Below are positions 48,900-61,400 of a DNA stretch of 64,000 nucleotides, piece after piece. The DNA is taken from assembly GCF_009834535.1 (NCBI RefSeq), contig NC_045696.1:117244001-117308000 (forward strand), written 5' to 3'. This DNA is from Camelus ferus. Lineage: Eukaryota. Each line of letters opens with the position of its first letter. Position 1 is the stretch's first letter. A program made the position numbers and the translations under genes. The notes beneath the pieces are model-generated. The model worked only from the letters and a program-made list of their open reading frames with translations. It was not told the origin of the DNA and searched no databases.

Positions 48900-49560
48900 G
48901 GAATGCAAGATAATGACGCATCACCCAATGATTCAGGTCACCGTAACATGGAAGTTTAGAGAGTAAGGTTCGGATGGGATGGGGCAGGAGACTGACTATA
49001 AAGGGAAGGAAATTAGACCTTATTCTTTAACTACTGTTTATAGAGGAGAGAGTAGCTGACAAAAAAAAAATGGTGTTACAAACATAATTTCTCTGGAACC
49101 AATTTGTCAGAGAGATCGAGACAAAGGAGGGGACTATAATTTAGATCTAAATGCTGAAGATTGGAGAAGAGATTGTGATGGGGAATTAAAATTAAAATAT
49201 ATGCTGTAAAAGTCATTGTGAGGGAAGGCTCAAAATGATTTTGTAGGTATGGACAGAGGAAGTCCAAAATTTGTAACCCCAGTATCTAGGTGAAAAACCA
49301 AGGATCTAAGGGAGAGATACTAGCTTGTGAATATGGATAAAGCCTTTGTTTGAGGATACTCTAAGGTTGATATGGTAGAAAAACTTACATGTAGGAATAT
49401 CCAGGAGGCCACCAGAAATTTTTTGGTGGAAATGAAACTCAGGAGAGTGTTCTAGACCAGTAGAGAGACTTACCTAGCTAGAGATAATAGCTAGAGTTTT
49501 TAATGGAGGGATATAGTTTGACTAAATATAATTACAGAAAAGTATGATCTGAATCTTTGA
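48900..49560 (-). mobile_element. L2 fragments (diverged)
   Basis: 'ggaatatccaggaggcc', 'aactcaggagagtgttctagacc' resemble L2 antisense body. Confidence 0.4.
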
Positions 49561-50817
49561 GCAAATGGACTGTCAAGGATGCCCAAGTGACAACAGGTGC
49601 CGAGTCCTCTGTGACCAGCGAGCTGACCACTAAACAGAGGCCAAGGAGGATGAGACCTGAAGGAGGCTACTGCCTCTCACCACTGGCTTAAAGGACTCTG
49701 GGAGAGTTCTAATATGAGAGGGACAAAAATTGCACTGCTTTGAGTTAAGGGCAGTGAGGAAATGGAGACAGAAAATAAAGACAAAGTTGACAGTGAGCCA
49801 AGAGAAGAGGCAGCAGGATGTGGGCAAGTGTTTTTGTCGAGATGGAGGAGACTTAGGTAGACCGGAGGAGGAAGACCCAAGACTGAAGGAAAGAGAGAGA
49901 AAGGAAAGACAGATGGAAAGAGATCCTCGAGAAAGCAAGAGAAGATGATGAGGTCAGAGGGACAATTGGAGGAGCTAACTTTAGCCTGGAAGACCATCAT
50001 CTTTCCCTTCCTAAGAGACTCTGGAAAAAGAAGGAAGGAGCAGAGAAAATATTCTGCAGTGAAGGAGAGGGTATAGCTCTTAGGAAAAAAATTCCCTTTG
50101 ATACTCTACCTGCATCCAAACGTAGTCTGCCTGCCAACTTGTCACAATCATTGTTTAATGGAAAGGCGTCCCCTAAAGGGAGCAGGTGTGATTGGAACCA
50201 GTTCAAGTGTGAAGGAGTTGATGCTTCCTTTGGCAGCCTCCCACCTTCCTTCATACTGTTTTTTTTTCTCCCACATCTGGAAGGTGTCCAGTGGCCCCCA
50301 GCTGGGAAACTCCATCCAGGTCTGCTCCCTGGGGATACTTCTCAAGATGGTACTCATTCAAAATGTGGGCCATTGGTTTTTTTGCCTGAAATTTTGATAA
50401 AATATTGGATGTCCTAGCAGCTGACTTATGATTGGCCTCTTCACATGTTTCCTGTAAAGAATTCTGTACCACAAGACCTTTGGCCAAAGGAATAAGCAGA
50501 GTTTCAAGCGCTGAAGCAGTGCATTTGGGGGTGTTTTCTGGGGTAGGGGATCCTGACAAGGGTCCCTTCAAAATTATATCTTTGGGTTGAAATTGATATG
50601 ACCTTGAAGTTCTGCCAGCCCACAGAGAGGTGGGTGAATAGTATTACAGGCACAAAGACTTGTCTGACACATACTAGTGCTGACTAGATGGTAGCCAATA
50701 TTATTCATAATAATAAGTGGTGCAGAACATTGCCATCAGTTTTTTTTTTTTCCCTAAAATCTGCTTTATGAAGAAAATAAGATGAGTGGGGAATTTCAAG
50801 TGGGAGTGGGGCCAGAA

Positions 50818-51259
50818 TTGGTAGTCAGTGTCTTTCAGAGAAGCAAAAGCAGTAAGTAGGTTAGATGGAGAGATGATAAATAGATAGATAGATAGTTAAT
50901 AGAGAGATAGATAGATGATTGATAAATAACTGATTGATCGATTTCATGAAATTGTCTTATGTCATTTTGAGGTAGGCCTGGTAGTCAGGCCAAATGTGGG
51001 GTAAAACTCTTAGATGGGAGCTTATGCTGCAGTCATAGGTAAGAATCTCTCCTTCTGGGAAACCTCAGGTTTACCCTGAAGACTTTTCAACAGAGTAGAT
51101 GAGGCCCACTTACATTATTGAGGAAAGTCTCACTTACTTAAATCCAACTGGTTGTCACTGTTAGCCATATCTACAAAAATACCTTTATGACAGTACCTAA
51201 TATTTGATCAAATAACTGAGGACTATGCCTAGCCAAAGTGACCCATAAAACACATCACA
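50818..51259 (-). mobile_element. MLT2 (C/D-like) LTR with internal (GATA)n
   Basis: 'ggaaacctcagg...gatgaggcccacttacattat...ccatatctacaaaaatacctt...tagccaaagtgacccataaaacacatcaca'. Confidence 0.8.
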
Positions 51260-51562
51260 GGGCTTAAGTAATGACTCATAAGATTAAGGATGTGTTGGAC
51301 ATAATTTTAAATTAACGGTTGTGTTGCACTCTCTGCATATCTTTGTGCATCTGCTTTGCATAAGTGATGCTTTAAGGAGAGCTAGGACAAGAGGTTTAAG
51401 TCAAATCTAGGTAGAGAAAAGAGACCAACCACTGGAGAAATGGGAAGAATTTGAAGAATTCAGTAGAAGCGGGAAATAAGATAAGGATTACTTAGGAGAA
51501 ACGATCAGATCAGAGTCCAAGAATCACCATGGATATGAGTAGCCGTGGGATGGTTCCAAGCT

Positions 51563-51622
51563 TTCTTTTTTTAAATTTAGGTCTAGTTGATTTATAATGT
51601 ATTAATTTCTGGTGTATAGCAA
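51563..51622 (-). mobile_element. Very short L1 3'-terminal fragment
   Basis: 'tagttgatttataatgtattaatttctggtgtatagcaa' after a T-tract. Confidence 0.55.
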
Positions 51623-51899
51623 ACCATTTTTATTTAAGGAACTGAAAAAGAGGGGGCCCATAATGCTGGAAGATTTCAGGATAGACAAATGATCCTTAAG
51701 TTACATAGAGAGAAATGAATTTGATGAATGAAATTATGTTCCTTTCACCTTTTCTACTTAGTTATTTTGTGCTGTGTGTTTTCTTTTGCATAGGAATTAT
51801 TTCTTAAATTTAGGGTGTAAAACCAGCATTAATTTTCTTACTAACTTATTAAACTTTGCAACCCTGAGAAAGACACGTGGCTTATGAAGAGGAGGAGAA

Positions 51900-52125
51900 A
51901 GAGCTAACATTTACTGTGTGCTTACTGCCTGCCAGGCCACTTTACTAATTTCCTTACTCTCATGTTTCCCTCAGGAGGGCTCTTTTCAGTTAGGTATAAT
52001 TATTGTGATTTTGCATATAAGGGAGCAGGATGAAGGAGATTGAAGATGGTGCCAGTGATAAATGGAAGAGTTCAATATGGATCTTAGTCTCAAGATAGAG
52101 CCTCCGAAGTCCAGGCTCTTGAGCA
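51900..52125 (-). mobile_element. MIR SINE
   Basis: 'agctaacatttactgtgtgcttactgcctgccaggc...taggtataattattgtgattttgca'. Confidence 0.65.
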
Positions 52126-52208
52126 ATATGCAGGAGTGCAATTCCAAAGCAGCAAGTTCACTGTTTCTGGAGGAATCCCTGAATATATTCCTTAGTGCCT
52201 TAGCATGC

Positions 52209-52262
52209 CACCAACTGGCCTTCTGGTCAACCTGGCACCAACTGGCCTTCTAGTCAACCTGG
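52209..52262. repeat. 27-bp tandem duplication (2 copies, 1 mismatch)
   Basis: caccaactggccttctggtcaacctgg / caccaactggccttctagtcaacctgg. Confidence 0.95.
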
Positions 52263-54943
52263 GAAGAGCAGCCGGTAGCTTTGGAATTGGAAGACTAAGC
52301 CTGGAACCCCACGTCAACTAGACCCAGCTCCACGTTTATTAAGTACGTACTGCTTTCCAGGACTCAGAAATATACATAAAGAACGTTGCTTTAGATGGTT
52401 CACTCCAGATATCTGTCAGATAAATGAGTGACTGCAACTTTTCTTGAATTCGCATTTATGATCTAAAGGACTCAATGGGGTTTATAGTTTGGCAGTTGAG
52501 GTCCAATCGCAGTGCCGAGGACTCCCCATTTAAAACGAAGATCACCTCCCCAGCAGGGCCAACTTCATTTTTAGACTTCATTTCATCTCAGGCGGCCTGT
52601 AGAGGTCCAGCCATAAATCAGAGCCTGTCCTTCCAGGATTTCTTTATAAATGTAGGTAAGTAGGATATAAGTTTCACCTCCCACTGTATTAGGTAGTATA
52701 ATCCAAAAACCAAAACATAAAGAGTCTTCAAGTGTTACCAGATCTATTAAGTCCAAAATAGTTCATTGATGACCAATTTCCAAGTGCTTACACGGTGCAA
52801 CTGCCTCTTAGCTTATGTGAAAATCAATGCAAAAACATGAATCGCCAGAGAGTGTGCTGGAGTCTTCCAAAGACAGTTTGTAATTAGCAAACCATTGATC
52901 CGAATAGACAGGACCCCGAAAGCTACAGAGACCGGGCAGGTGAAAAGCCAGAGTCCCTGTCCTTTATAATTAATCGTTACTGCTCTGCTCCCTCCCAGCA
53001 CCACACAAGAGACTTCACCCAGACTGTAATTTTGGCATTTCAGTTGGTTTGGAGGCGACAATTCAACACTGGCACCAAGGAGAAATATGCACGATATTAA
53101 CGGGTGCTCCTTACAGCAGCTCATCTACGCTCCATTATAAGGCCAGCATTATTATCATTAATCTCTCCCATATCTTTTTTTTCCCACCACACCATATTCT
53201 GGTCAAAATTATATAAATACGAGTGAAGATCACAATTCATAGAGTTACAGTATCTTGGAACTGAAAGGAAGCTGAGAGATCATTTTGTCGAGCCACTTTA
53301 TGTACAGAGGTGAGCAGGCAATTTGTCTAGAGTCATGGGGCAGCAGATACCAGGCTAGAGTCTTGGTCTCTTTCCCATCAGTGCTCTTCCCGCCACATCT
53401 CATGAACGAATAGCACAAGAGGTTTAACCTGCTGGTCTAAGTCTTTTATCTTAAAGCAATTGATCGAACTGTTAATTACACCATTTTCTGAAAAAAGAGT
53501 TCACCTTTTCAGAGAGAAGGCTCTAGTCAGGCCTGGATTCATGCCATGAAACTGACATGCATTCGTGGTTTGTAGACTAATAAAGAGTTCCCATCTTCTT
53601 TGCTTCCATATTCAAACTGTTGTTCAGATTCCACCCAAGGCTGACCCTTCTACTGTTCACCAGCATCCCATTTCCCCCATGGGAGGTTGTGCATCGTTAT
53701 CTGTTTGAAGATAGACAAGGTCATGATTACTTCCTTGTTTGTCAGGGGCCTGGTTGAGTGTGGACAGAAATGACACGTGTCACATTTGGGCCAAATCATT
53801 CCATTGCTGGTGTGAGACCCTGCACCTTGCCCTTCGCCTGTCTTTCTAATCCGGACCACACACATCAGAGTAGATTCTCCATCAGTGACTATAATGAGCA
53901 GAGCTGACCACTACTGGGGGAGTTGGTGAGCCACGGAGGTTTGGGGAGGGGATGCATTTGTTCCTGCAAGATAACCAAGCCCATCTTAACACACTAATCT
54001 TTTATTGAATCAAGCTTCTCTTGGCTTGTGGGATTTGAGAACACACACCCACATTCACAGTTGCGCTAGACAGGGAAATGTGGTGAACAATGTATGCTCA
54101 AGCAAGATAAGCGTTTGTTGCTTTTTTTGCTCTGTGGGCCTAGCTTGAAAGTGCAATCAAACTTATTTATTCATCTAACAATTTTATTGTGCACTTTTGC
54201 GAATGCCACCTTGACTACAGACAACTAGTTATCTGGATTGTAGTTACCTGTAAAACAAGGGTCACTGGCGTTTGATTTTTGCTTCTAAGTGTGATACTTC
54301 TTTAAAAATCAGTTGAAGTAGTAATTGGGGGAGGGACGATCTGAGTGTGGAGCCAGCAATTCCACGGTAGTTACCTGAGAACACTACAGGGATAATTATT
54401 ATTGAGTCAGTCAAATGTTCCAGCAACCTGGTCACAGCAGGAATCAATGCACTCCTCTGTTTTCGATATCAAGGGATCATCTCAAAATCATCAACATTTG
54501 TGAAGGGTGTAAATGCAAAGTGGCCTGAGCTAATGCCGCCTGGGGCCTGGGTCGGGTTCCCCCATCACTTGTGCTTAAACCAACATCTTTCTGTGAGAAG
54601 CAGAGGGAGGGAGAACATTTTAAAACTCCGTTTCATTAGTAGAAAACAGAAATAGAAATAAAACTAAACACTTTTGTCTCTTTCTCTCTCTCCTGTTTTC
54701 CATCCCTAACAATGGTACTCCTTGCTACACTGGACAAATCCCGTCACTGGGGAACAATAGCAGGTGTCTAATGGATACATTTTTATCAGATTTCTTTGGC
54801 TTTGAACCCAATAATCATTGAGCCATCTATGAAGGAGTGGGCCAACCAGAGGTCTGAGACCAGTGAACAGAAATTTCAGAGTTCCAGGACATTTTCCTGC
54901 AGAGCACGAACTTCCCAGAAATGGTGAATCCCCCAGAAGGGAG

Positions 54944-55126
54944 AGCGTGCACCTCAATGTGTGGTCCCCGGGCCCACCGTATTAGCATCTCCTGGGAGTC
55001 TGCTAGCCATTCAGAGGCTCAGGCCTGGCTCCAGACCTGGAGAATTCCTAATTCAGAATTTTTAGAGAAGGGCCCATGGATGTATGTTTTAACAATCTCT
55101 CCCACCAAAGTTTGAAAATAACTTGG
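54944..55126. mobile_element. MER5A-type hAT-Charlie MITE
   Basis: 'ctcaatgtgtggtcccc...agcatctcctgggag...tcaggcctggctccagacct...tgttttaacaa...aaagtttgaaaa'. Confidence 0.72.
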
Positions 55127-56756
55127 GTAGAGTTTGTAATCAGCCTCCATGCCTTTCTGTGCATTTCTGCTTTCATCTGGAACTCAGATAGTGGCATCTC
55201 TGGGCCCAGGAGATATGAGGGTACATTATTCAGCTGTTCTGATGCCTCTGTCCGATTAGACCCTGTTGATGGCAGTACTGATAGCAGCTTCTGCTTAGTG
55301 TGCTGAGGAAGTGCCAGGCAATTGCCTTTTCTTAGATAATTCCAAGATTAACGGGCTCGCGTTGCTCAGATTAGCAGTGATTCCCACCCTGCAGCCAGCG
55401 AGAGAGGGAACATGCTGTCCTCTCTGCGGGCCAAGGGGCTGGCTTCCCAGCCATCAGTTTGGGCAGGAGAGATGCTGATCAACATAAGTCACTGCCTGTT
55501 CCCAGATTGTCACCATTACCCAACCAGTGAGACATTCCGTCCCGGTGCTCAGGCAATGCTCTGCTGGTTCGCCTGGCTCTGGCTGTGGTTGGGCAATTGT
55601 ATCACCCATTGTAGAGGGCATTCTGTTCAAAAGGTAGCAGGCGGACAGGGAAAGTCCTTCCTCCCTGACTCCAGGAGGGATGTCAGTGCAGTAAAACGGT
55701 TGTTGACAGAAAGCAAAGGTGAGAAGTGTAAGAACTTTCTCACGCATCCCCTGGAAAGCCCCCTGGACCTTGAAGTACTCACTGTGTTTCCCATGAAGTT
55801 CACAACGTGGACAACATGACCTGCTGGGGAGAGGGGATGGTGTGGGCCGAGGTTTCCATCATTCCTTTTCTGCATTTCGCTTTTAAACTGTCAGAATTTT
55901 TGTTCTGTACTCTTTGAAGCTAGTGTCAGTGAGTATAAGTTGCGGGAAGTCTTCAAAAGGAAACAGGTGAGTATAATGAAAAGCCGCCTTCAGTAGCAAA
56001 AATGCCTTCCATGGCGGCAATGGGTTCTACTTCAAACTCTGCCCGAGGCAGGGATAACACAGGCGAACACAGGATCACCCTCTCATAAAGGAAAGAACAT
56101 CAAGACATTTTTACGTGATCATTCTTTGAAGAGACGGCTGCTCACTTTAAAGCCTCCAGCCATAAGATAAAATAAAATCCAAGTGTTCAACTATGCCAAT
56201 GTGACCCTCCTAAAATGCCCAGTTCTGCCCAGTTTTATGAAAATGGCTTCATTCTGTCCAACCCCATCAGATGAGATGGTGAATGGCTGTACTAGAAACA
56301 ATAGCAAAAATGTTTTGCTACAGAAGTAGCAGTGACAGAAGCCTGGTTTCCTCTGCAGCCTCTCCAAACAAGTGATCCCGGCTGCCCATTATAACACCTG
56401 CTGCTCACAACGGAGTCCAAGCCAAGGGACTCATGCCCTTCCCTCCAAATATCCAATCTACCCGCAGAGAATTCAAGCTGTCCAGCCACACACCAGCTGC
56501 TTGCTTAGTCACTGCAGAAGCCTCAGATTCATCCCCCTCATCTCCCCTAAATTTTTTTTCTCTTATTTCCCCTCTCCTCTGTCTCTTCCCTGAAACAAGA
56601 GTCATTAACACAGTCTCAGAATTCCCCATGAACTGCTGAACCAAGATTCGGGGTGCTTCCAACAAGGATCGTAGAATTTTAGCCTTCCTTCCTCGTCTAC
56701 TCCTAGTATGACACAAACCAAACCTTTCTAAACTACAAGGGAGAACCAGCAGGGTC

Positions 56757-57221
56757 TGCAACAGGGAAGAACAAATCTGACTCCATGTGGGCTCTGTTTC
56801 TTTTACTTTAACCTCTGTCTTCTATTGCTGTTGCTACAAGTTAATGACTTAAAAGGATGTTACTGAGAAGCTTAAATTACGCATCATGGCCCATCTCTGG
56901 GAATCCTGAGTCCCAGGTACTGAGCATTAAGCCAAAACACCACTGTTTATTTAGCTCACAGGAAACGTCCTGACCAGGCCCACCTGTGAATGACTGAGGG
57001 GACGCTGACCAGAACCGGGAAGTGTTTGACTTTACTCCCTCCCCTTTTCGTATAAGAAAAGCCCGAATTCTAACTCTGGCAAGATGACTCTTTGGGACAC
57101 TACTCCACCATCTTCCAGTCTGCTGGCTTTTTGAATTCAGTTGCTATTCCTTGCCCCAATAGCTTGTCTCGATTTGTTGGTCTGTCGCGTGGGAAGCAGC
57201 ATGAGCTTAGACTTGGTACCA
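56757..57221 (+). mobile_element. MER41-like ERV1 solo LTR (copy 3)
   Basis: TG...CA termini; TSD ggtc/gttc; collinear with 37103-37617 ('cacaggaaac.tcctg...aggcccacctgtgaatg', 'ctttgggacacta.tccaccatcttcc'). Confidence 0.9.
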
Positions 57222-58249
57222 GTTCCACTCAGTGGTTAGGACAGGCCATGATGCTCTAACTGGACAGTTCATGGAATGGGATGAGCTGGGACCCAACCTC
57301 ACTAATCTACGTTCACCCCAGTTTCCAATTACAAGATGAAGGGATGGCTTTCATGATCTCAAAAACCCTGTTAGGACATTCCATCTTCTTCGTTGGGCCA
57401 TTCTGCATCCTCAGTGCTTGGCTCCCAGCAGGGGTATTCTGTCTTTGCCTTGGCCTGAGTTATGACTTGCCTTACCTTGTAGATGCACTTTAAAAGCAAC
57501 CGATGCAAACCTTCCAACCACGAATTGCATTTTCTCAGGAATGTGCCTTTTTATCTCAAAGGCTCTTTGATTTTACCAGTGATTGATATTGGTCAGTGAT
57601 TCTTAACATTTTAACTTTAAAGACATCCCGCTCAAGCGGTGACACGTACTTGTCTAGCAAACCCAGATGTTTCTAGTGCCCTCGGGATTCAACTTTACAA
57701 TATAATGGATGATTCTGTGATATAAATAACTACTCCTACCTGATCGTGTTTGCAAGACATGGTGGCCTCTTGGTGGTTCTTGCAACACGCTGTCGCAGTT
57801 CCCTATCTGTGCCCCCATCTGGGGCAGCTCAACCAAAGGGAGCTGAAATCCAGCCCCAGCTTTGCTGGCCAAGCCGGGTAGTCCAGTGGATGGGCATCCC
57901 TTGCAACACAACTCCTCAGTGGGGGATCCTTTTTCAGTCCACACACATTCTGTGCAGGTCTGGAACATCCCTACTAGAGCCCTAAGCAAATGTGGTCCCT
58001 CCCACTTTAATCTCTCACCCCTCAGAGAAGCCCTCGAGGACCATCTTATTTAAATCAACCTCTTCTCACTCCAAACATATTCTCTCTCAGTCCACAATTT
58101 ATTTCTTAGCAGCAAATCAAAGTAGTGATTAAGCTAGTAGCAGATTTTTTTACTGACCCCAATTTTTTGACCCTTCCCTTTATCCATGCTTTTCTGTAAC
58201 CTTCCAGTCCCTTCCCACTTTGTTATTGCCTTTGGCCAACAGAATGAGG

Positions 58250-58440
58250 CGGAAGTCTAATCACAAATGAACATGTCAAGCCTCTGTTTGCATCAGTTTA
58301 ATAACATCCCATTGGCCAAAACAAGTTCCACGTCCAATCCGACATTCAGAAGGGAAGGTGGGAAGAAATGCAAAATCACTTGGCAGAGGGCAGAGAAACA
58401 GGGAAGGGTAGACAATTGGTGTCAATAACTCAATACACTG
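58250..58440 (-). mobile_element. MLT1 fragment
   Basis: 'aagcctctgtttgcatcagtttaataacatcccattggccaaaacaagttccac'. Confidence 0.6.
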
Positions 58441-59559
58441 CATTGGCCACTTCTACCTGTTGCCAGCCCCCTCCTGGAACCCTGTGTTGAGAAGGATTCC
58501 AAAGTCTCCCCTGGGTTCATTGAAAGGATTCATGAACTGGCTATGCCTGTCACCATCTACGGTATAGCTGATGACACAACACAATGCTTGAGGGGAAGAG
58601 TTAGAATCAGATCAGAGGAATCAAGAAAGTAAATATTTCTCCACCATCCCGGAGCTTAGCAAACATCACTGGTCAGTAGCTTTGTCACAGATTTCGTGTC
58701 CTATGCTTCTTATTTGTTATCCTTTTCGCTTTTCCAAAGCCTGTACCTTGGAGACCACTGGCTATACTGGATGCAGACAGATGTCTATGTTTCCCTCATT
58801 TTAGAACTGAGACCATTAGGGAGGAAAGAGGAGGGTGGGTCAGTGACAGGCGGAGGGTGTTAATGCAGATGTGAGGCTGAAAGGAGCTTCATTTTTTTTG
58901 CAAGGCTCACTCTGGCATTGGTTTCAAAAAGTCCGCTGTCTTTCTCATATAATTTAGGTTCATCAAAGGATTTCTCCTCTGTGGGCTCTTCATTAAGGTT
59001 TGTTGATAATTTGCTAAAAACCCTAAGAAAATGACTGGCATAGAAGTGTTGGCTTATATCTTCTTTTTCTATTGCACCACTGTGAACACCCACATGGAAT
59101 CTATTGTTGATCCCCACCCCTCAAATCACTTAAACCTTCAAACACCATCAACTTCTTTGTTTTCATTTAATGTCTGTCTCTAATAGAAAACCTGATTAAT
59201 TTGGGAAGCCTGAGCTTCTGGTCTCGAGAAGTTACAGCCTTCCTACCCCCTGTAGTGACTTTTGTATCTGCTGATCGCAGCAGCTCTTGCACACTTTTGT
59301 TTTCTGAGAAAGTTAGACAGTGTATTTGGCCCCGTACAGCGACACAGTCGCCATTTACAGAGGAGAAGAGCAGGGGGAAATTAAATCAAGAAAGGCCCCA
59401 TAACACAGAGTTCAGAAACCACTGGCATGGTAAAGGATGACCTCATCGCCTTTCCCTCCCCACCTGCTTCTCCTCTTGGGGTCCTCGTGTCAGCGCACGT
59501 GGCCACTCTCTGCCCAGGTACCCTAGACACCACCCAAGAATATCACTTAATATCGCTTC

Positions 59560-60318
59560 TTCCTCAAACCTCAGGTCCTCTCAGTCGTCACCCAGTCATC
59601 AAGCCAATCCCATTTTCTAGAGAGATCTTGTATTTGTCATGTCTCTCATTTTCTCCATTCCCGCCTCCGAGTTAGGACCCCCCCACCTTCCACCCACGTT
59701 ATTGCCTAGACTTCTGTGTAGTCTCCTGGCCCCCAGTCATGCCCAACTCAAATCTGTTTTCCAAACAGCCAAAGTGATTTTCTATAGAGCAGTTCTGATC
59801 AAGACTGCTGCCAGTCTTAAGATGAAATTTGAATTCTAGGATTTGGCTCCCAAGATTACCTACCCTGCCCCTTCGCTGGCCATGTCCTCTACATAATTCT
59901 GAAGTCTTTTGGTTCTCTGAACCCACCGTGCTCTTTTCAGGAGTTTGTTCACATTATTTCCTTTCCCTGAAGTACTTCTCACTCACCCAGCACCTGGCTC
60001 ATTCCCACCAAATCACGGCGCAGGCTTCACATTATCCTGGAAGTTTCCTCTGCTGCTCTAAGAAGGGTTAGGTGACTCTGCCACACGCCTTCGGACAGCT
60101 TCCCCTCTGGGGCTGGGCTCTGACCACACTGGATTGATGATGACAGTCTATCATTGTGGGCACCCCAGGGGTATGTCCCCCGCTGGACTGTAAGCTCCAG
60201 GAGAGCAGCGTCTGGGCCTGGTTCGTTCACAGTTGTATCTACTGTGTGTGTAGTAGATACAAGCCAGCGAAGTGTTTGGTGTGTGTTAGATATTCTATAA
60301 ATATTTGTTGAATTGGAC
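59560..60318 (+). mobile_element. L2 LINE 3' region
   Basis: 'ccaaacagccaaagtgatttt', 'ctggactgtaagctccaggagagcag', 'tataaatatttgttgaat'. Confidence 0.78.
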
Positions 60319-60399
60319 ACACATGGAAGACTGGAGGCTCATACCCAGTTACCTCATGATGTGAGAACATGCCTATAAGCTGATTCAATTCAACAGAAA

Positions 60400-60620
60400 G
60401 GTAGAACCCAAAGTCTGGTACCAAAGTGCCTGGACTTGAATCCCATGTGCACCACTTACTAGTGTGTGACTTAGTCATTCTAAACCTCAGGTTCCTCAAC
60501 TTAAAATGGGGATAAGAATGCTTACTTAAAAGGGCTGCTATAAATGAAGCATCCTTGTAAAGCACCCAGCGCAGTGTCTGGCCTAACAGGTGTTAAATAA
60601 ACAATAGTCTTATTGTTACC
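60400..60620 (+). mobile_element. MIR SINE
   Basis: 'tgcctggacttgaatccc...ccacttactagtgtgtgactt...cctcaggttcctcaacttaaaatggggataa...aagcacccagcgcagtgtctggc'. Confidence 0.85.
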
Positions 60621-60854
60621 AGAAATAGGAAAGCGAATAGGACTGATTATGCATATTGAATATGAAAAAGTAGAATTTAAGAGACAAAAGGAAAGAAACT
60701 TAGGAAGCTGGGTGGAATGGGAGGATACAGGAGTAACAATATAGCTCTTAATCTTGTATGAAGCTTTGACGTGCACCTCAAGTTCCCTCTGGGTTTATTC
60801 CATGTGCACCCTCAGATTCGGACACGTAGGTGCATATCTGGAGGGTCTGTGCAC

Positions 60855-61400
60855 TTCAGTTTGTGCTCTTTCTGGCTGGTGACAGAAGTGCAGCTCGCAC
60901 GGCTTAAGCACTAAAATGAATTTGAGGGTTCATGTAACTACAATTATAAAGATAACACTGGCTTCAAGTTGAGTTGAACCTGTGGCTTGAAAATGCCACC
61001 AAGAGCCCAGTTACTTTTATATGCAACTCCAAAAATGACTGTCGGAGTCTCTCCAGGATACTTGTATCTGCCTTCATATCCAGCAGGAAAGATCAAGTCT
61101 TTATCTGAGCTTCAAGCTAAAATCTTCACATACACTCTGATGGTTCCAGGAAAGGGCACATGACTCAAACTGTCCCAGTGAGAGTTGGTATTGGGACACT
61201 TAAGTGTCCTTTAATCAATTCACCCGTGATCAGGGATAGACTGATTTGCTAAAGTAATCTAGATCCACCAACAAAAATGGAATTAGGGTCAATCTCATTG
61301 AACTACAAGGTTGAGAATAAGTGAGGGGAGGTTTCCAAAGACCTTAGAAATAGTATTAGTCTTAAAGAGAGGGAATGAATGCCTGTCAGCAAACAACAGT
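60855..61400 (-). mobile_element. Old MLT1 (K-like) LTR
   Basis: 'gctggtgacagaa...ggcttaagca...ggttcatgtaact...ctggcttcaag', 'tccagcaggaaaga', 'gggaatgaatgcctgtcagc'. Confidence 0.55.

Noticed and set aside
7190..54410. Scattered AP-1 (TGAGTCA) words
   Set aside because: A few 7-mers in 64 kb are expected by chance and show no clustering
55262..55275. CTCF-like 'cctgttgatggcag'
   Set aside because: Mismatch at the highly conserved A of the AG core; too weak to call
37103..57221. A provirus bounded by the two same-strand LTRs at 37103 and 56757
   Set aside because: Each LTR has its own matching TSD, they are clearly diverged, and the 19 kb between them has ancient host repeats and no gag/pol/env
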